Below the pieces are notes generated by a model. The model had not been told where the DNA came from. It made no database searches and saw only the letters and a list, made by a program, of their open reading frames with translations. Positions 1-6,181 of a stretch of DNA of 6,181 nucleotides are shown here, piece by piece. Numbering within the stretch: the first letter of the stretch is position 1; each line of letters starts with the position of its first letter. The stretch comes from Candidatus Odinarchaeia archaeon (GTDB lineage: Archaea > Asgardarchaeota > Odinarchaeia > Odinarchaeales > Odinarchaeaceae), in contig JAHQXC010000074.1 in NCBI GenBank assembly GCA_029856525.1, forward strand, positions 1-6,181, in the 5' to 3' direction. The translations under genes were made by a program, and so were the position numbers.

Positions 1-39
1 TTTTTTAAACACCGCGCGGATATTTAAGTTTTTGCCCAT
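1..39 (-). CDS. Possible 5' end of a divergent gene running off the window (MGKNLNIRAVFKK...), product unknown
   Basis: The minus strand reads TTAGGGGGTGA-ATG, followed by 13 open codons to the window edge. There is an SD-like GGGGGTG at 47-41 and a TATA-like TTTATAAA at 89-82. Too short to verify. Confidence 0.35.
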   Translation of the reverse strand, partial: MGKNLNIRAVFKK

Positions 40-185
40 TCACCCCCTAACTGAAGTTAAGGGATTCTCTGGGCACCCTTTTTTATAAAATTTTAGCTGT
101 TATTTACAGTAGCGCTTAACATATAGAGTGATTTTTTAATTTATGTAGGAAATATTTATATTATCTTGGTTATTTTAAATATGCC

Positions 186-204
186 CGTAAATAATATATT
201 AAAA
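186..204 (+). promoter_or_regulatory. Putative BRE/TATA promoter of the tRNA pair
   Basis: GTAAATAATATATTAAAA ends 27 nt upstream of the mature tRNA-Asp 5' end (232). The region is very AT-rich, so the exact box is uncertain. Confidence 0.4.
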
Positions 205-231
205 CTCGGTGCTAGGTGTTTAAGCTAATGC

Positions 232-335
232 GCCTCGGTGGTGTAGTCCGGCCTATCATTTGGGACTGTCACTCCCAAGACCCGGGTGATAAACTTTAAG
301 TTTATCCGGGATTTCAAATCCCGGCCGAGGCGCCA
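232..335 (+). tRNA. tRNA-Asp(GTC) with a 26-nt intron at 53/54 and encoded CCA
   Basis: Acceptor stem GCCTCGG(232-238)/CCGAGGC(325-331). Anticodon stem TGGGA/TCCCA with loop CTGTCAC (GTC at 268-270). After removing 287-312 the T arm is CCGGG-TTCAAAT-CCCGG. Discriminator G332, CCA 333-335. Confidence 0.95.
287..312 (+). other. Non-canonical tRNA intron (53/54) with a bulge-helix-bulge motif
   Basis: Central helix CCCG(281-284)/CGGG(307-310); bulges GG|T(285-287) and AT|T(311-313); intron helix GATAAACT(288-295)/AGTTTATC(299-306); short outer helix GA(279-280)/TC(314-315). Confidence 0.9.
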
Positions 336-379
336 CAATCCGGGCCCGTAGCTCAGCCAGGTAGAGCACCGGGCTTTTA

Positions 380-409
380 AAGCACTTGGGCTTTCCACTA
401 GCTGAGGTC
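380..409 (+). other. Canonical 37/38 intron (30 nt) of tRNA-Lys
   Basis: BHB geometry: central helix CTTT(374-377)/GAGG(404-407) with two G-U pairs; bulges TA|A(378-380) and TC|A(408-410); intron helix AGC(381-383)/GCT(401-403); outer helix is the anticodon stem. Confidence 0.85.
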
Positions 410-418
410 ACTCGGTGG

Positions 419-447
419 ACCCCTATTTTAAACAACGGGGGGCCGAA
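419..447 (+). other. Non-canonical 46/47 variable-loop intron (29 nt) of tRNA-Lys, relaxed helix-bulge-helix motif
   Basis: Central helix CGGT(413-416)/GCCG(442-445); bulge GG|A(417-419); intron helix CCCCT(420-424)/GGGGG(437-441); 3' cut AA|T(446-448); no outer helix. Removal restores the standard TGGTC variable loop. Confidence 0.82.
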
Positions 448-512
448 TCAAGGGTTCGATTCCCTTCGGGCCCGCCATATTTTATAGACTGATTCAAGTT
501 AGCTTTCAACTA

Positions 513-519
513 TTTTTTT
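513..519 (+). terminator. Oligo-T tract, probable terminator of the tRNA transcript
   Basis: T7 run 35 nt downstream of the tRNA-Lys CCA. Archaeal intrinsic terminators are T tracts. Confidence 0.5.
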
Positions 520-526
520 AACTTTA

Positions 527-694
527 TCGGCTAGTAGTCCTCCTGCGAAAGCTGGGAAAGCCGACAGTATTTATAGTTTCCAATCTTCAAAAAGGATAAA
601 GATGAGGGGCTGAGACTGGGCCTTTACCGGTCGAAAATACCAGTAAACTCCATCATTGAAGCAGGAAGCCCCATCAGATAGGAGGGGTGTTCAC
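527..694 (+). mobile_element. Putative non-autonomous IS200/IS605-family remnant or orphan omega-RNA-like locus
   Basis: Ends in GAAGCAGGAAG-CCCC-ATCAGATAGGA-GGGG-TGTTCAC (658-694), matching the GAAG-hairpin-TTCAC pattern I recognise from tnpB right ends. It also has an internal hairpin at 623-647, a GAAA-capped hairpin at 527-564 and TTTATA at 570-575. No ORF is present, and the left boundary is uncertain. Confidence 0.55.
528..540. repeat. Pseudo-palindrome copy A, CGGCTAGTAGTCC
   Basis: Matches the consensus NGRCTANTAGTCC shared with 824-836 and 1187-1199. Confidence 0.55.
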
Positions 695-775
695 TAGAGC
701 CTGTTAATTACTAGAATATATTTCATGGAAAACCTTTTGTAAGATGCACGGAAGTCGAGGAAGCTTGCTAGGAAT

Positions 776-789
776 GAAAAAATTTATAA
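776..789 (+). promoter_or_regulatory. Putative BRE-TATA promoter of rpo5
   Basis: Purine-rich GAAAAAA(776-782) followed by TTTATAA(783-789), 68 nt upstream of the rpo5 ATG. An alternative TTTAAAA lies at 795-801. Confidence 0.55.
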
Positions 790-823
790 GCGGATTTAAA
801 ATTTCTTTTAATACTAAGCGGGT

Positions 824-836
824 GGGCTAATAGTCC
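824..836. repeat. Pseudo-palindrome copy B, GGGCTAATAGTCC, in the rpo5 leader
   Basis: One mismatch from the perfect palindrome GGACTA-N-TAGTCC. Confidence 0.65.
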
Positions 837-846
837 GGGTTTTAAC

Positions 847-852
847 GGTGAG
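847..852 (+). promoter_or_regulatory. Shine-Dalgarno site of rpo5
   Basis: GGTGAG lies 5 nt before the ATG at 858. Confidence 0.7.
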
Positions 853-857
853 ATTTT

Positions 858-1097
858 ATGGCTGATAGTATACTAGATAATATCTTAGTTCCTAAACATA
901 TTATTTTAAGTGAAGCTGAAGCTAAAGAGGTTTTAGAGAAGCTTAAGGTTAAGCCCTATCAACTGCCTAAAATATTTATATCAGACCCTGCTATTAAAGC
1001 ATTAAACCAGAAGGTTAAAGTCGGCGACATAGTTAAAATAATTAGAAGCAGCCCCACGGCAGGTGAATCTATAGCTTACAGGGTTGTTGTCGAATAA
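858..1097 (+). CDS. rpo5: DNA-directed RNA polymerase subunit Rpo5 (H)
   Basis: 79 aa with the LVPKHIIL, QLPKI..SDPAI, GDIVKIIRSSPTAG and YRVV motifs of Rpo5/RPB5 C-terminal domain. It sits in the canonical position before rpo2. Confidence 0.97.
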   Translation: MADSILDNILVPKHIILSEAEAKEVLEKLKVKPYQLPKIFISDPAIKALNQKVKVGDIVKIIRSSPTAGESIAYRVVVE

Positions 1098-1112
1098 AAA
1101 TTACACGGGGTG

Positions 1113-1126
1113 CGATAAATTTATAT
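1113..1126 (+). promoter_or_regulatory. Putative internal BRE-TATA promoter upstream of rpo2
   Basis: CGATAAA(1113-1119) followed by TTTATAT(1120-1126), inside the 158-bp rpo5–rpo2 spacer. Confidence 0.5.
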
Positions 1127-1186
1127 TAGATAAGTATACATTTAGAGCGGGTTTAACTTCAGATTTTTAGGTAGGCGTCATAACCG

Positions 1187-1199
1187 TGACTATTAGTCC
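1187..1199. repeat. Pseudo-palindrome copy C, TGACTATTAGTCC, in the rpo2 leader
   Basis: One mismatch from GGACTA-N-TAGTCC. The reverse complement of 1188-1201 matches 822-835 at 13 of 14 positions. Confidence 0.65.
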
Positions 1200-1244
1200 A
1201 CGTAATGGGTTAAGCTGTAATATGAAGGTTGTTTATTAAAAATA

Positions 1245-1250
1245 GGGGTG
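1245..1250 (+). promoter_or_regulatory. Shine-Dalgarno site of rpo2
   Basis: GGGGTG lies 5 nt before the ATG at 1256. Confidence 0.7.
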
Positions 1251-1255
1251 GAATA

Positions 1256-4200
1256 ATGGAGGTCTCCTCTAATAGTTTGTGGAAGCTTATGCTCGCTTTT
1301 TTCGATGAGAAAGGATTGGTTAGACAACATTTAGATTCGTATAATACATTTATAGAGAAAGATTTACAGGCTATAATCGACGAGCAGGGGATTATTGAAA
1401 CCGACATCGAAAACTTTTATGTTAAACTGGGTAGAATAGAGGTTGGTGAGCCTAGTATAACTGAAGCCGACGGCTCAACTAAAATGATAGATCCGACTGA
1501 AGCGCGCCTTCGCAATCTCACGTATGCTGCGCCTATGTTTCTTGAGTTAACCCCTGTTTGGAAGGTGCCTGGGACTGATATAGAGACTCAAGGGGAAACT
1601 GTGAAAGTCTATATTGGTAAAATGCCGATAATGCTCAAATCTAACCGCTGTGTTTTATCAAAAATTAAAGATGAAGCGCTTCTTGAAATAAACGAGGATC
1701 CTAGGGATCCTGGAGGCTACTTTATTATAAACGGTTCTGAGAGAGTTATCGTAACCCAAGAGGATTTAGCTCCAAACCGGATATTAATAGAGAAAAGCAG
1801 TCCGACAAGTCCTTCAACACATGTAGCTAAGGTTTTTTCAACCGCGAGAGGGTTTAGAGCGCCTGTTTTATTGGAGAGGGGTAGAGACGGCGCGTTTAAA
1901 CTATCTTTTCCATCTGTTCCAGGTAAAATTCCTTTAGCTATCATGTTAAGAGCGCTTGGTTTAGTGACAGATAAACAGATAATGGACGCGATATCTGATG
2001 ACCCTGAAGTGAGACGTGAGCTTATCCCCACATTAGAGGAAGCGGCTCCTATATATGTGCCGAAAGACCCTCAGCAAACAGTTAACAATGTACTAGACTA
2101 TATAGGGAAAAGAGTCGCCATCGGCCAGACGTTAGAGTATCGTTTGAAGAAAGCCGAGCAGGTTATCGATAAATATCTTCTACCACATCTAGGTGTGACT
2201 CCAAGTGATAGATTAAATAAAGCATATTACCTGTGTCAGATGGCTTTAAGAATAATAGAGCTTGTTTTAGGTAGAAGACCTGAAGATGATAAAGATCACT
2301 ATTCTAATAAGCGGCTTAAACTCGCCGGTGAACTTTTAGCAAGTCTTTTCAGAAACGCGTTTCTAAATTTAGTAAGAGATATAAAATATCAGCTTGAGCG
2401 TACAGCGGTTAGAGGCAGGAAGCCTAATATTCGAACAGCTGTTAGAGCTGACGTTATCACCGAGCGTTTAAAACATGCGTTGGCTACAGGTAACTGGGTT
2501 GGCGGTAAAGCAGGAGTCAGTCAGCTTTTAGATAGAACCAACTATATGTCATCTTTAAGCCATCTTCGTAGAATAGTCTCCCCGCTGAGTAGAAGTCAAC
2601 CCCACTATGAGGCTAGAGATTTACATCCAACTCACTGGGGTAGAATCTGCCCTAATGAGACGCCGGAGGGTCCTAATTGCGGTCTCGTTAAAAACTTAGC
2701 TTTAATGTGTCATATTTCAGTCGGTGTTGATGAAAAAGAAGTTGAAAGAATGCTATTTAATCTCGGTGTTTATAGTATACCTGAAAGAGCTAAGTGCGGT
2801 TCAAACCCTGTAAGTGTTTTTCTAAACGGAACGCTTATCGGTTACGTCTCTGATCCTGTTTGGTTTGTTAATGAAATTAGGCGTAAGAGAAGAAATAATG
2901 AAATAAGCGATGAAATAAATATCGCCTACTACCCTGATGTGAAAGAAATACAGGTTAACTGTGATGCTGGGAGGGCGCGTCGTCCACTTATCATAGTGGA
3001 GAACGGTGTAGCGGCTCTTAAACCAGAGCATTTAGAGAAACTTGAAAGAGGAGAGTGGTCTTTCACAGATTTTGTGAGAAATGGGATAATAGAATACCTT
3101 GATGCTGAAGAAGAGGAGAACGCTTTCATAGCTTTAACCCCTGAGAGCTTAACACCGGAGCATACTCATCTGGAAATCTCACCTAGCAGTATATTAGGTA
3201 TAACCGCGTCAACGATACCATTCGCGGAGCATAATCAATCTCCTAGAAACGTCTACCAATCCGGTATGTGTAAGCAAGCTTTAGGAGTGTACGCGGCAAA
3301 CTTTAAACATAGACTTGATACAAGAACCCATCTTCTCCATTATCCTCAAACTCCTATTGTTAAAACTAAAGTAATGGATGCAATAGGCTTCGATGAGCGC
3401 GCAGCCGGTCAAAACTTTATTGTAGCCGTTCTATCATATGAAGGATATAATATAGAAGACGCGCTTGTTATGAATAAATCTTCTATAGATAGAGGTCTCG
3501 GTCGAAGCAGTTTCTTCCGCTCTTATGAAGCTGAAGAGCGAAAGTACCCGGGCGGACAGGAGGATAAATTTGAGATACCTGACCGCGATGTGAGAGGATA
3601 CCGTGTTCCAGAATCTTACCGGCATCTCGGCGAAGACGGTTTAATATCTAGTGAAATCTACGTTGAAGGAGGGGATGTTTTAATCGGTAGAACTAGCCCC
3701 CCAAGATTTTTAGAGGAATACACTGAGCTAGGCGCTGCAACACAAGTTAGACGCGACACTTCTGTGAATATGAGACATGGGGAAAGCGGCATTGTAGATA
3801 CAGTTGTTTTAACCGAAACCGTTGACGGTAATAGACTGGTTAAAGTGAAGGTTAGAGATCTAAGAATCCCTGAGTTAGGTGATAAATTCGCTTCCAGACA
3901 CGGTCAGAAAGGTGTTTTAGGTTTGATTGTTCCTCGAGAAGATATGCCTTTCACCGATTCAGGTATCGTCCCAGATCTGATAATCAACCCTCACGCTATA
4001 CCATCCCGTATGACTTTAGGCCAAGTATTAGAGTCTATGGCTGGTAAAGCCGCTTCAGTTTCCGCTAGAAGAGTCGACGGATCGATTTTCACAGGGCTTT
4101 CAAATGAAGAAATATATAATATGTTAAAGGAAGCGGGTTTCCATTATACAGGTAGAGAAGTCATGTACGACGGTGTCAGCGGTGAGAAACTTGAAGCAGA

Positions 4201-4615
4201 TATATTCATAGGAGTAGTATACTATCAGAAACTCCACCATATGGTAGCTGATAAAATGCATGCTAGAGCTAGAGGACCTGTTCAAATACTCACCAGACAG
4301 CCGACTGAGGGTAGAGCGCGTGAAGGCGGTTTAAGATTCGGTGAAATGGAAAGGGACTGTCTGATCGGCCACGGCGCGGCGCTTTTACTTAAAGAAAGAT
4401 TGTTAGATGAATCTGATAAATATGTAGTCTACGTATGTGAAGGCTGCGGGGCTCTCGCAACTTATGATAGAAACAGGGATAGATATTATTGCCCGCTTTG
4501 CGGTGATACGACTACGATTTCCAGGGTCTCCATGTCGTATGCTTTTAAACTGTTAATACAGGAGATGATGGCTTTAGGAATATTTCCTAAAATAATATTA
4601 AAGGAAAAAGCTTAG
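1256..4615 (+). CDS. rpo2: DNA-directed RNA polymerase subunit Rpo2 (B), unsplit, 1119 aa
   Basis: Contains [60 protein letters not shown] and the C-terminal Zn ribbon CEGC..CPLC. The start is moved from TTG1229 to ATG1256 on SD evidence. No intein or frameshift seen. Confidence 0.99.
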   Translation: MEVSSNSLWKLMLAFFDEKGLVRQHLDSYNTFIEKDLQAIIDEQGIIETDIENFYVKLGRIEVGEPSITEADGSTKMIDPTEARLRNLTYAAPMFLELTPVWKVPGTDIETQGETVKVYIGKMPIMLKSNRCVLSKIKDEALLEINEDPRDPGGYFIINGSERVIVTQEDLAPNRILIEKSSPTSPSTHVAKVFSTARGFRAPVLLERGRDGAFKLSFPSVPGKIPLAIMLRALGLVTDKQIMDAISDDPEVRRELIPTLEEAAPIYVPKDPQQTVNNVLDYIGKRVAIGQTLEYRLKKAEQVIDKYLLPHLGVTPSDRLNKAYYLCQMALRIIELVLGRRPEDDKDHYSNKRLKLAGELLASLFRNAFLNLVRDIKYQLERTAVRGRKPNIRTAVRADVITERLKHALATGNWVGGKAGVSQLLDRTNYMSSLSHLRRIVSPLSRSQPHYEARDLHPTHWGRICPNETPEGPNCGLVKNLALMCHISVGVDEKEVERMLFNLGVYSIPERAKCGSNPVSVFLNGTLIGYVSDPVWFVNEIRRKRRNNEISDEINIAYYPDVKEIQVNCDAGRARRPLIIVENGVAALKPEHLEKLERGEWSFTDFVRNGIIEYLDAEEEENAFIALTPESLTPEHTHLEISPSSILGITASTIPFAEHNQSPRNVYQSGMCKQALGVYAANFKHRLDTRTHLLHYPQTPIVKTKVMDAIGFDERAAGQNFIVAVLSYEGYNIEDALVMNKSSIDRGLGRSSFFRSYEAEERKYPGGQEDKFEIPDRDVRGYRVPESYRHLGEDGLISSEIYVEGGDVLIGRTSPPRFLEEYTELGAATQVRRDTSVNMRHGESGIVDTVVLTETVDGNRLVKVKVRDLRIPELGDKFASRHGQKGVLGLIVPREDMPFTDSGIVPDLIINPHAIPSRMTLGQVLESMAGKAASVSARRVDGSIFTGLSNEEIYNMLKEAGFHYTGREVMYDGVSGEKLEADIFIGVVYYQKLHHMVADKMHARARGPVQILTRQPTEGRAREGGLRFGEMERDCLIGHGAALLLKERLLDESDKYVVYVCEGCGALATYDRNRDRYYCPLCGDTTTISRVSMSYAFKLLIQEMMALGIFPKIILKEKA

Positions 4616-4619
4616 GTGG
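4614..4619 (+). promoter_or_regulatory. Shine-Dalgarno site of rpo1N overlapping the rpo2 stop codon
   Basis: AGGTGG overlaps the TAG at 4613-4615 and lies 6 nt before the ATG at 4626. Confidence 0.7.
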
Positions 4620-4625
4620 TTTATA

Positions 4626-6181
4626 ATGTCTCAGATTGATAAAATGATTGGTGGTTTAAAATTAGGTTTTCTATCACCTGAGGCTATAAGAAAACTTTCA
4701 GTTACAAGGATTATAACAGCTGATACATATGATGAGGATGGATTACCGATTGATTCAGGGCTAATGGACAGTAGACTTGGTACAATAGAGCCGGGTCAGA
4801 AGTGTAAAACTTGCGGGAACCGTGTCGGAGAATGCCCCGGCCACTTCGGCCACATAGAATTAGCGCGGCCTGTAATACATGTAGGCTATGCTAATATCAT
4901 CCGTGATATTTTGCGAAGCACCTGCAAATCCTGTAATAGAATTCTGTTAACAGACGAGGAGATTAAATTTTACACTGAGAAGATGAGAGAATCTATTAAA
5001 GCATCTAATGAAATTGACATGGAGATCGTTGAAGACGTTTATAAGAAGACTCAGAAAAACAGGGTGTGCCCTCACTGCGGTGAGAAGCAAATTAAAATAA
5101 AACTAGAGAAACCAACATCCTTTTATGAGGTTAGAGAGGAGGGCACTGTTAGATTAACTCCAATAGATATAAGAGACTGGTTTGAAAAAATACCAAACGA
5201 GGATTGTCTACTTCTCGGAATAAACCCTGAAGTAGCTAGACCGGAATGGCTTATTCTCACAGTTCTCCCTGTGCCTCCTGTATGCGTAAGACCATCAATT
5301 ACATTAGAGTCAGGGGTTAGATCCGAAGATGATCTAACTCATAAACTAGTCGATATTATAAGAATAAATCAACGCCTCCGCGAGAATATAGACGCAGGCG
5401 CTCCTCAATTAATAGTTGAAGATTTATGGGAACTTTTACAATACCATATAACAACATACTTTGATAACGATGTCAGCGGCATACCTCCAGCTCGACATAG
5501 ATCAGGTAGAGTTCTCAGAACTCTCTCTCAAAGGCTTAAAGGTAAAGAAGGCCGGTTTAGATCAAACCTCTCAGGTAAGCGAGTCGACTTCTCAGCTAGA
5601 ACCGTTATCTCCCCTGACCCTAATATCTCTATAAACGAGGTTGGTGTTCCAGAGGAGATCGCTAAAATACTCACAATTCCTGAAAGAGTAACTGAGTGGA
5701 ATATTGAAGAGCTTAAAAAACTTGTAATAAGCGGCCCTGACAACGTGGAAGGAGCAAACTATATTATCCGTTCAGACGGGCGTCGCATCGACTTAAGGTT
5801 TGTTAAAGATAGATCAGCGATCGCGCAGGCGTTGGAACCAGGTTTTATAGTGGAAAGACACATTCGGAACGGTGACATAGTGTTATTCAACAGGCAGCCT
5901 TCTCTTCACAGAATGTCGATTATGGCTCATGAAGTTAGAGTTATGCCTTATCGTACTTTCCGACTTAACCTTTGCGTCTGCCCCCCTTACAACGCGGATT
6001 TTGACGGAGATGAAATGAATCTTCATGTCCCCCAAAGCGAGGAGGCTAGAGCTGAAGCTCGAATACTTATGAGAGTTCAGGAGCAGATACTCTCCCCAAG
6101 ATATGGCGGTCCAATTATAGGGGGGATTCAGGATTTCATCTCTTTAGCTTATCTTTTAACTAATAAGAACACTTTACTAAC
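4626..6181 (+). CDS. rpo1N: DNA-directed RNA polymerase subunit Rpo1N (A'), 3'-truncated by the window (518 full codons seen)
   Basis: Translated by hand: [25 protein letters not shown]..., Zn-binding [40 protein letters not shown] and the catalytic NADFDGD at 5991-6011. The frame is open to the window end, so the ORF track omits it. Confidence 0.98.
   Translation, partial: MSQIDKMIGGLKLGFLSPEAIRKLSVTRIITADTYDEDGLPIDSGLMDSRLGTIEPGQKCKTCGNRVGECPGHFGHIELARPVIHVGYANIIRDILRSTCKSCNRILLTDEEIKFYTEKMRESIKASNEIDMEIVEDVYKKTQKNRVCPHCGEKQIKIKLEKPTSFYEVREEGTVRLTPIDIRDWFEKIPNEDCLLLGINPEVARPEWLILTVLPVPPVCVRPSITLESGVRSEDDLTHKLVDIIRINQRLRENIDAGAPQLIVEDLWELLQYHITTYFDNDVSGIPPARHRSGRVLRTLSQRLKGKEGRFRSNLSGKRVDFSARTVISPDPNISINEVGVPEEIAKILTIPERVTEWNIEELKKLVISGPDNVEGANYIIRSDGRRIDLRFVKDRSAIAQALEPGFIVERHIRNGDIVLFNRQPSLHRMSIMAHEVRVMPYRTFRLNLCVCPPYNADFDGDEMNLHVPQSEEARAEARILMRVQEQILSPRYGGPIIGGIQDFISLAYLLTNKNTLL

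Larger units (their letters stand above)
342..477 (+). tRNA. tRNA-Lys(TTT) with two introns (37/38 and 46/47) and encoded CCA
   Basis: Acceptor stem GGGCCCG(342-348)/CGGGCCC(467-473). D stem GCTC/GAGC. Anticodon stem CCGGG(369-373)/CTCGG(411-415) with TTT at 376-378. Variable loop TGG(416-418)+TC(448-449). T arm AAGGG-TTCGATT-CCCTT. Discriminator G474, CCA 475-477. Confidence 0.93.

Noticed and set aside
219-224. TTTAAG as the tRNA promoter TATA box
   Set aside because: Only 7 nt upstream of the mature tRNA 5' end, too close for archaeal promoter spacing.
277-324. Reading tRNA-Asp as an unspliced long-variable-arm tRNA
   Set aside because: It would give a non-standard T loop and a type II arm not expected for Asp. 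The BHB geometry and perfect restoration after removing 287-312 favour an intron.
380-409. C/D-box sRNA within tRNA-Lys intron 1 (CTGA at 402-405)
   Set aside because: No C box (RTGATGA), and the intron is only 30 nt.
597-614. C/D-box sRNA (GATGA at 601-605, CTGA at 610-613)
   Set aside because: The C box is imperfect, the boxes are too close, and there is no terminal D box. The IS right-end signature explains the region better.
745-770. RNase P or SRP RNA (GAGGAAG- and CGGAAG-like words)
   Set aside because: No GAGGAAAGTCC motif, no SRP helix-8 context, and no room for a ~300-nt structured RNA.
480-857. Integrated element with an att repeat of the tRNA-Lys 3' end, or a CRISPR array
   Set aside because: No duplicate of the tRNA 3' end, no integrase, and no regularly spaced direct repeats in the window.
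1229-1255. TTG start for rpo2 given by the ORF track
   Set aside because: The extension MFIKNRGGI is AT-rich and contains the SD (GGGGTG) positioned for the ATG at 1256.
1210-1407. 65-aa minus-strand ORF
   Set aside because: Antisense shadow of the rpo2 5' end, with no recognisable motif.
1717-2031. 104-aa minus-strand ORF
   Set aside because: Lies wholly antisense to conserved rpo2 and has the composition of a reverse-frame artefact.
2822-3625. Three 63-69-aa minus-strand ORFs (2822-3031, 2929-3129, 3434-3625)
   Set aside because: Short, antisense to rpo2, and without recognisable motifs.
5528-5743. 71-aa minus-strand ORF
   Set aside because: Antisense to the conserved [10 protein letters not shown] region of rpo1N.

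Overview
AT-rich archaeal core-genome window, + strand throughout. It holds a dicistronic tRNA-Asp(GTC)–tRNA-Lys(TTT) pair carrying three introns: Asp 53/54, Lys 37/38 and Lys 46/47. A ~170-bp structured non-coding element follows that ends like an IS200/IS605 right end (omega-RNA-like) but has no tnpA/tnpB. Then comes the start of the RNA polymerase operon: rpo5 (rpoH), unsplit rpo2 (rpoB) and rpo1N (rpoA'), the last truncated by the window end and missing from the ORF track. A 13-bp pseudo-palindrome, NGRCTANTAGTCC, occurs three times in the non-coding DNA. A divergent gene may start at the left edge. Unsplit Rpo2 plus non-canonical introns is compatible with a TACK/Asgard-type host, but taxonomy cannot be fixed from the sequence alone.
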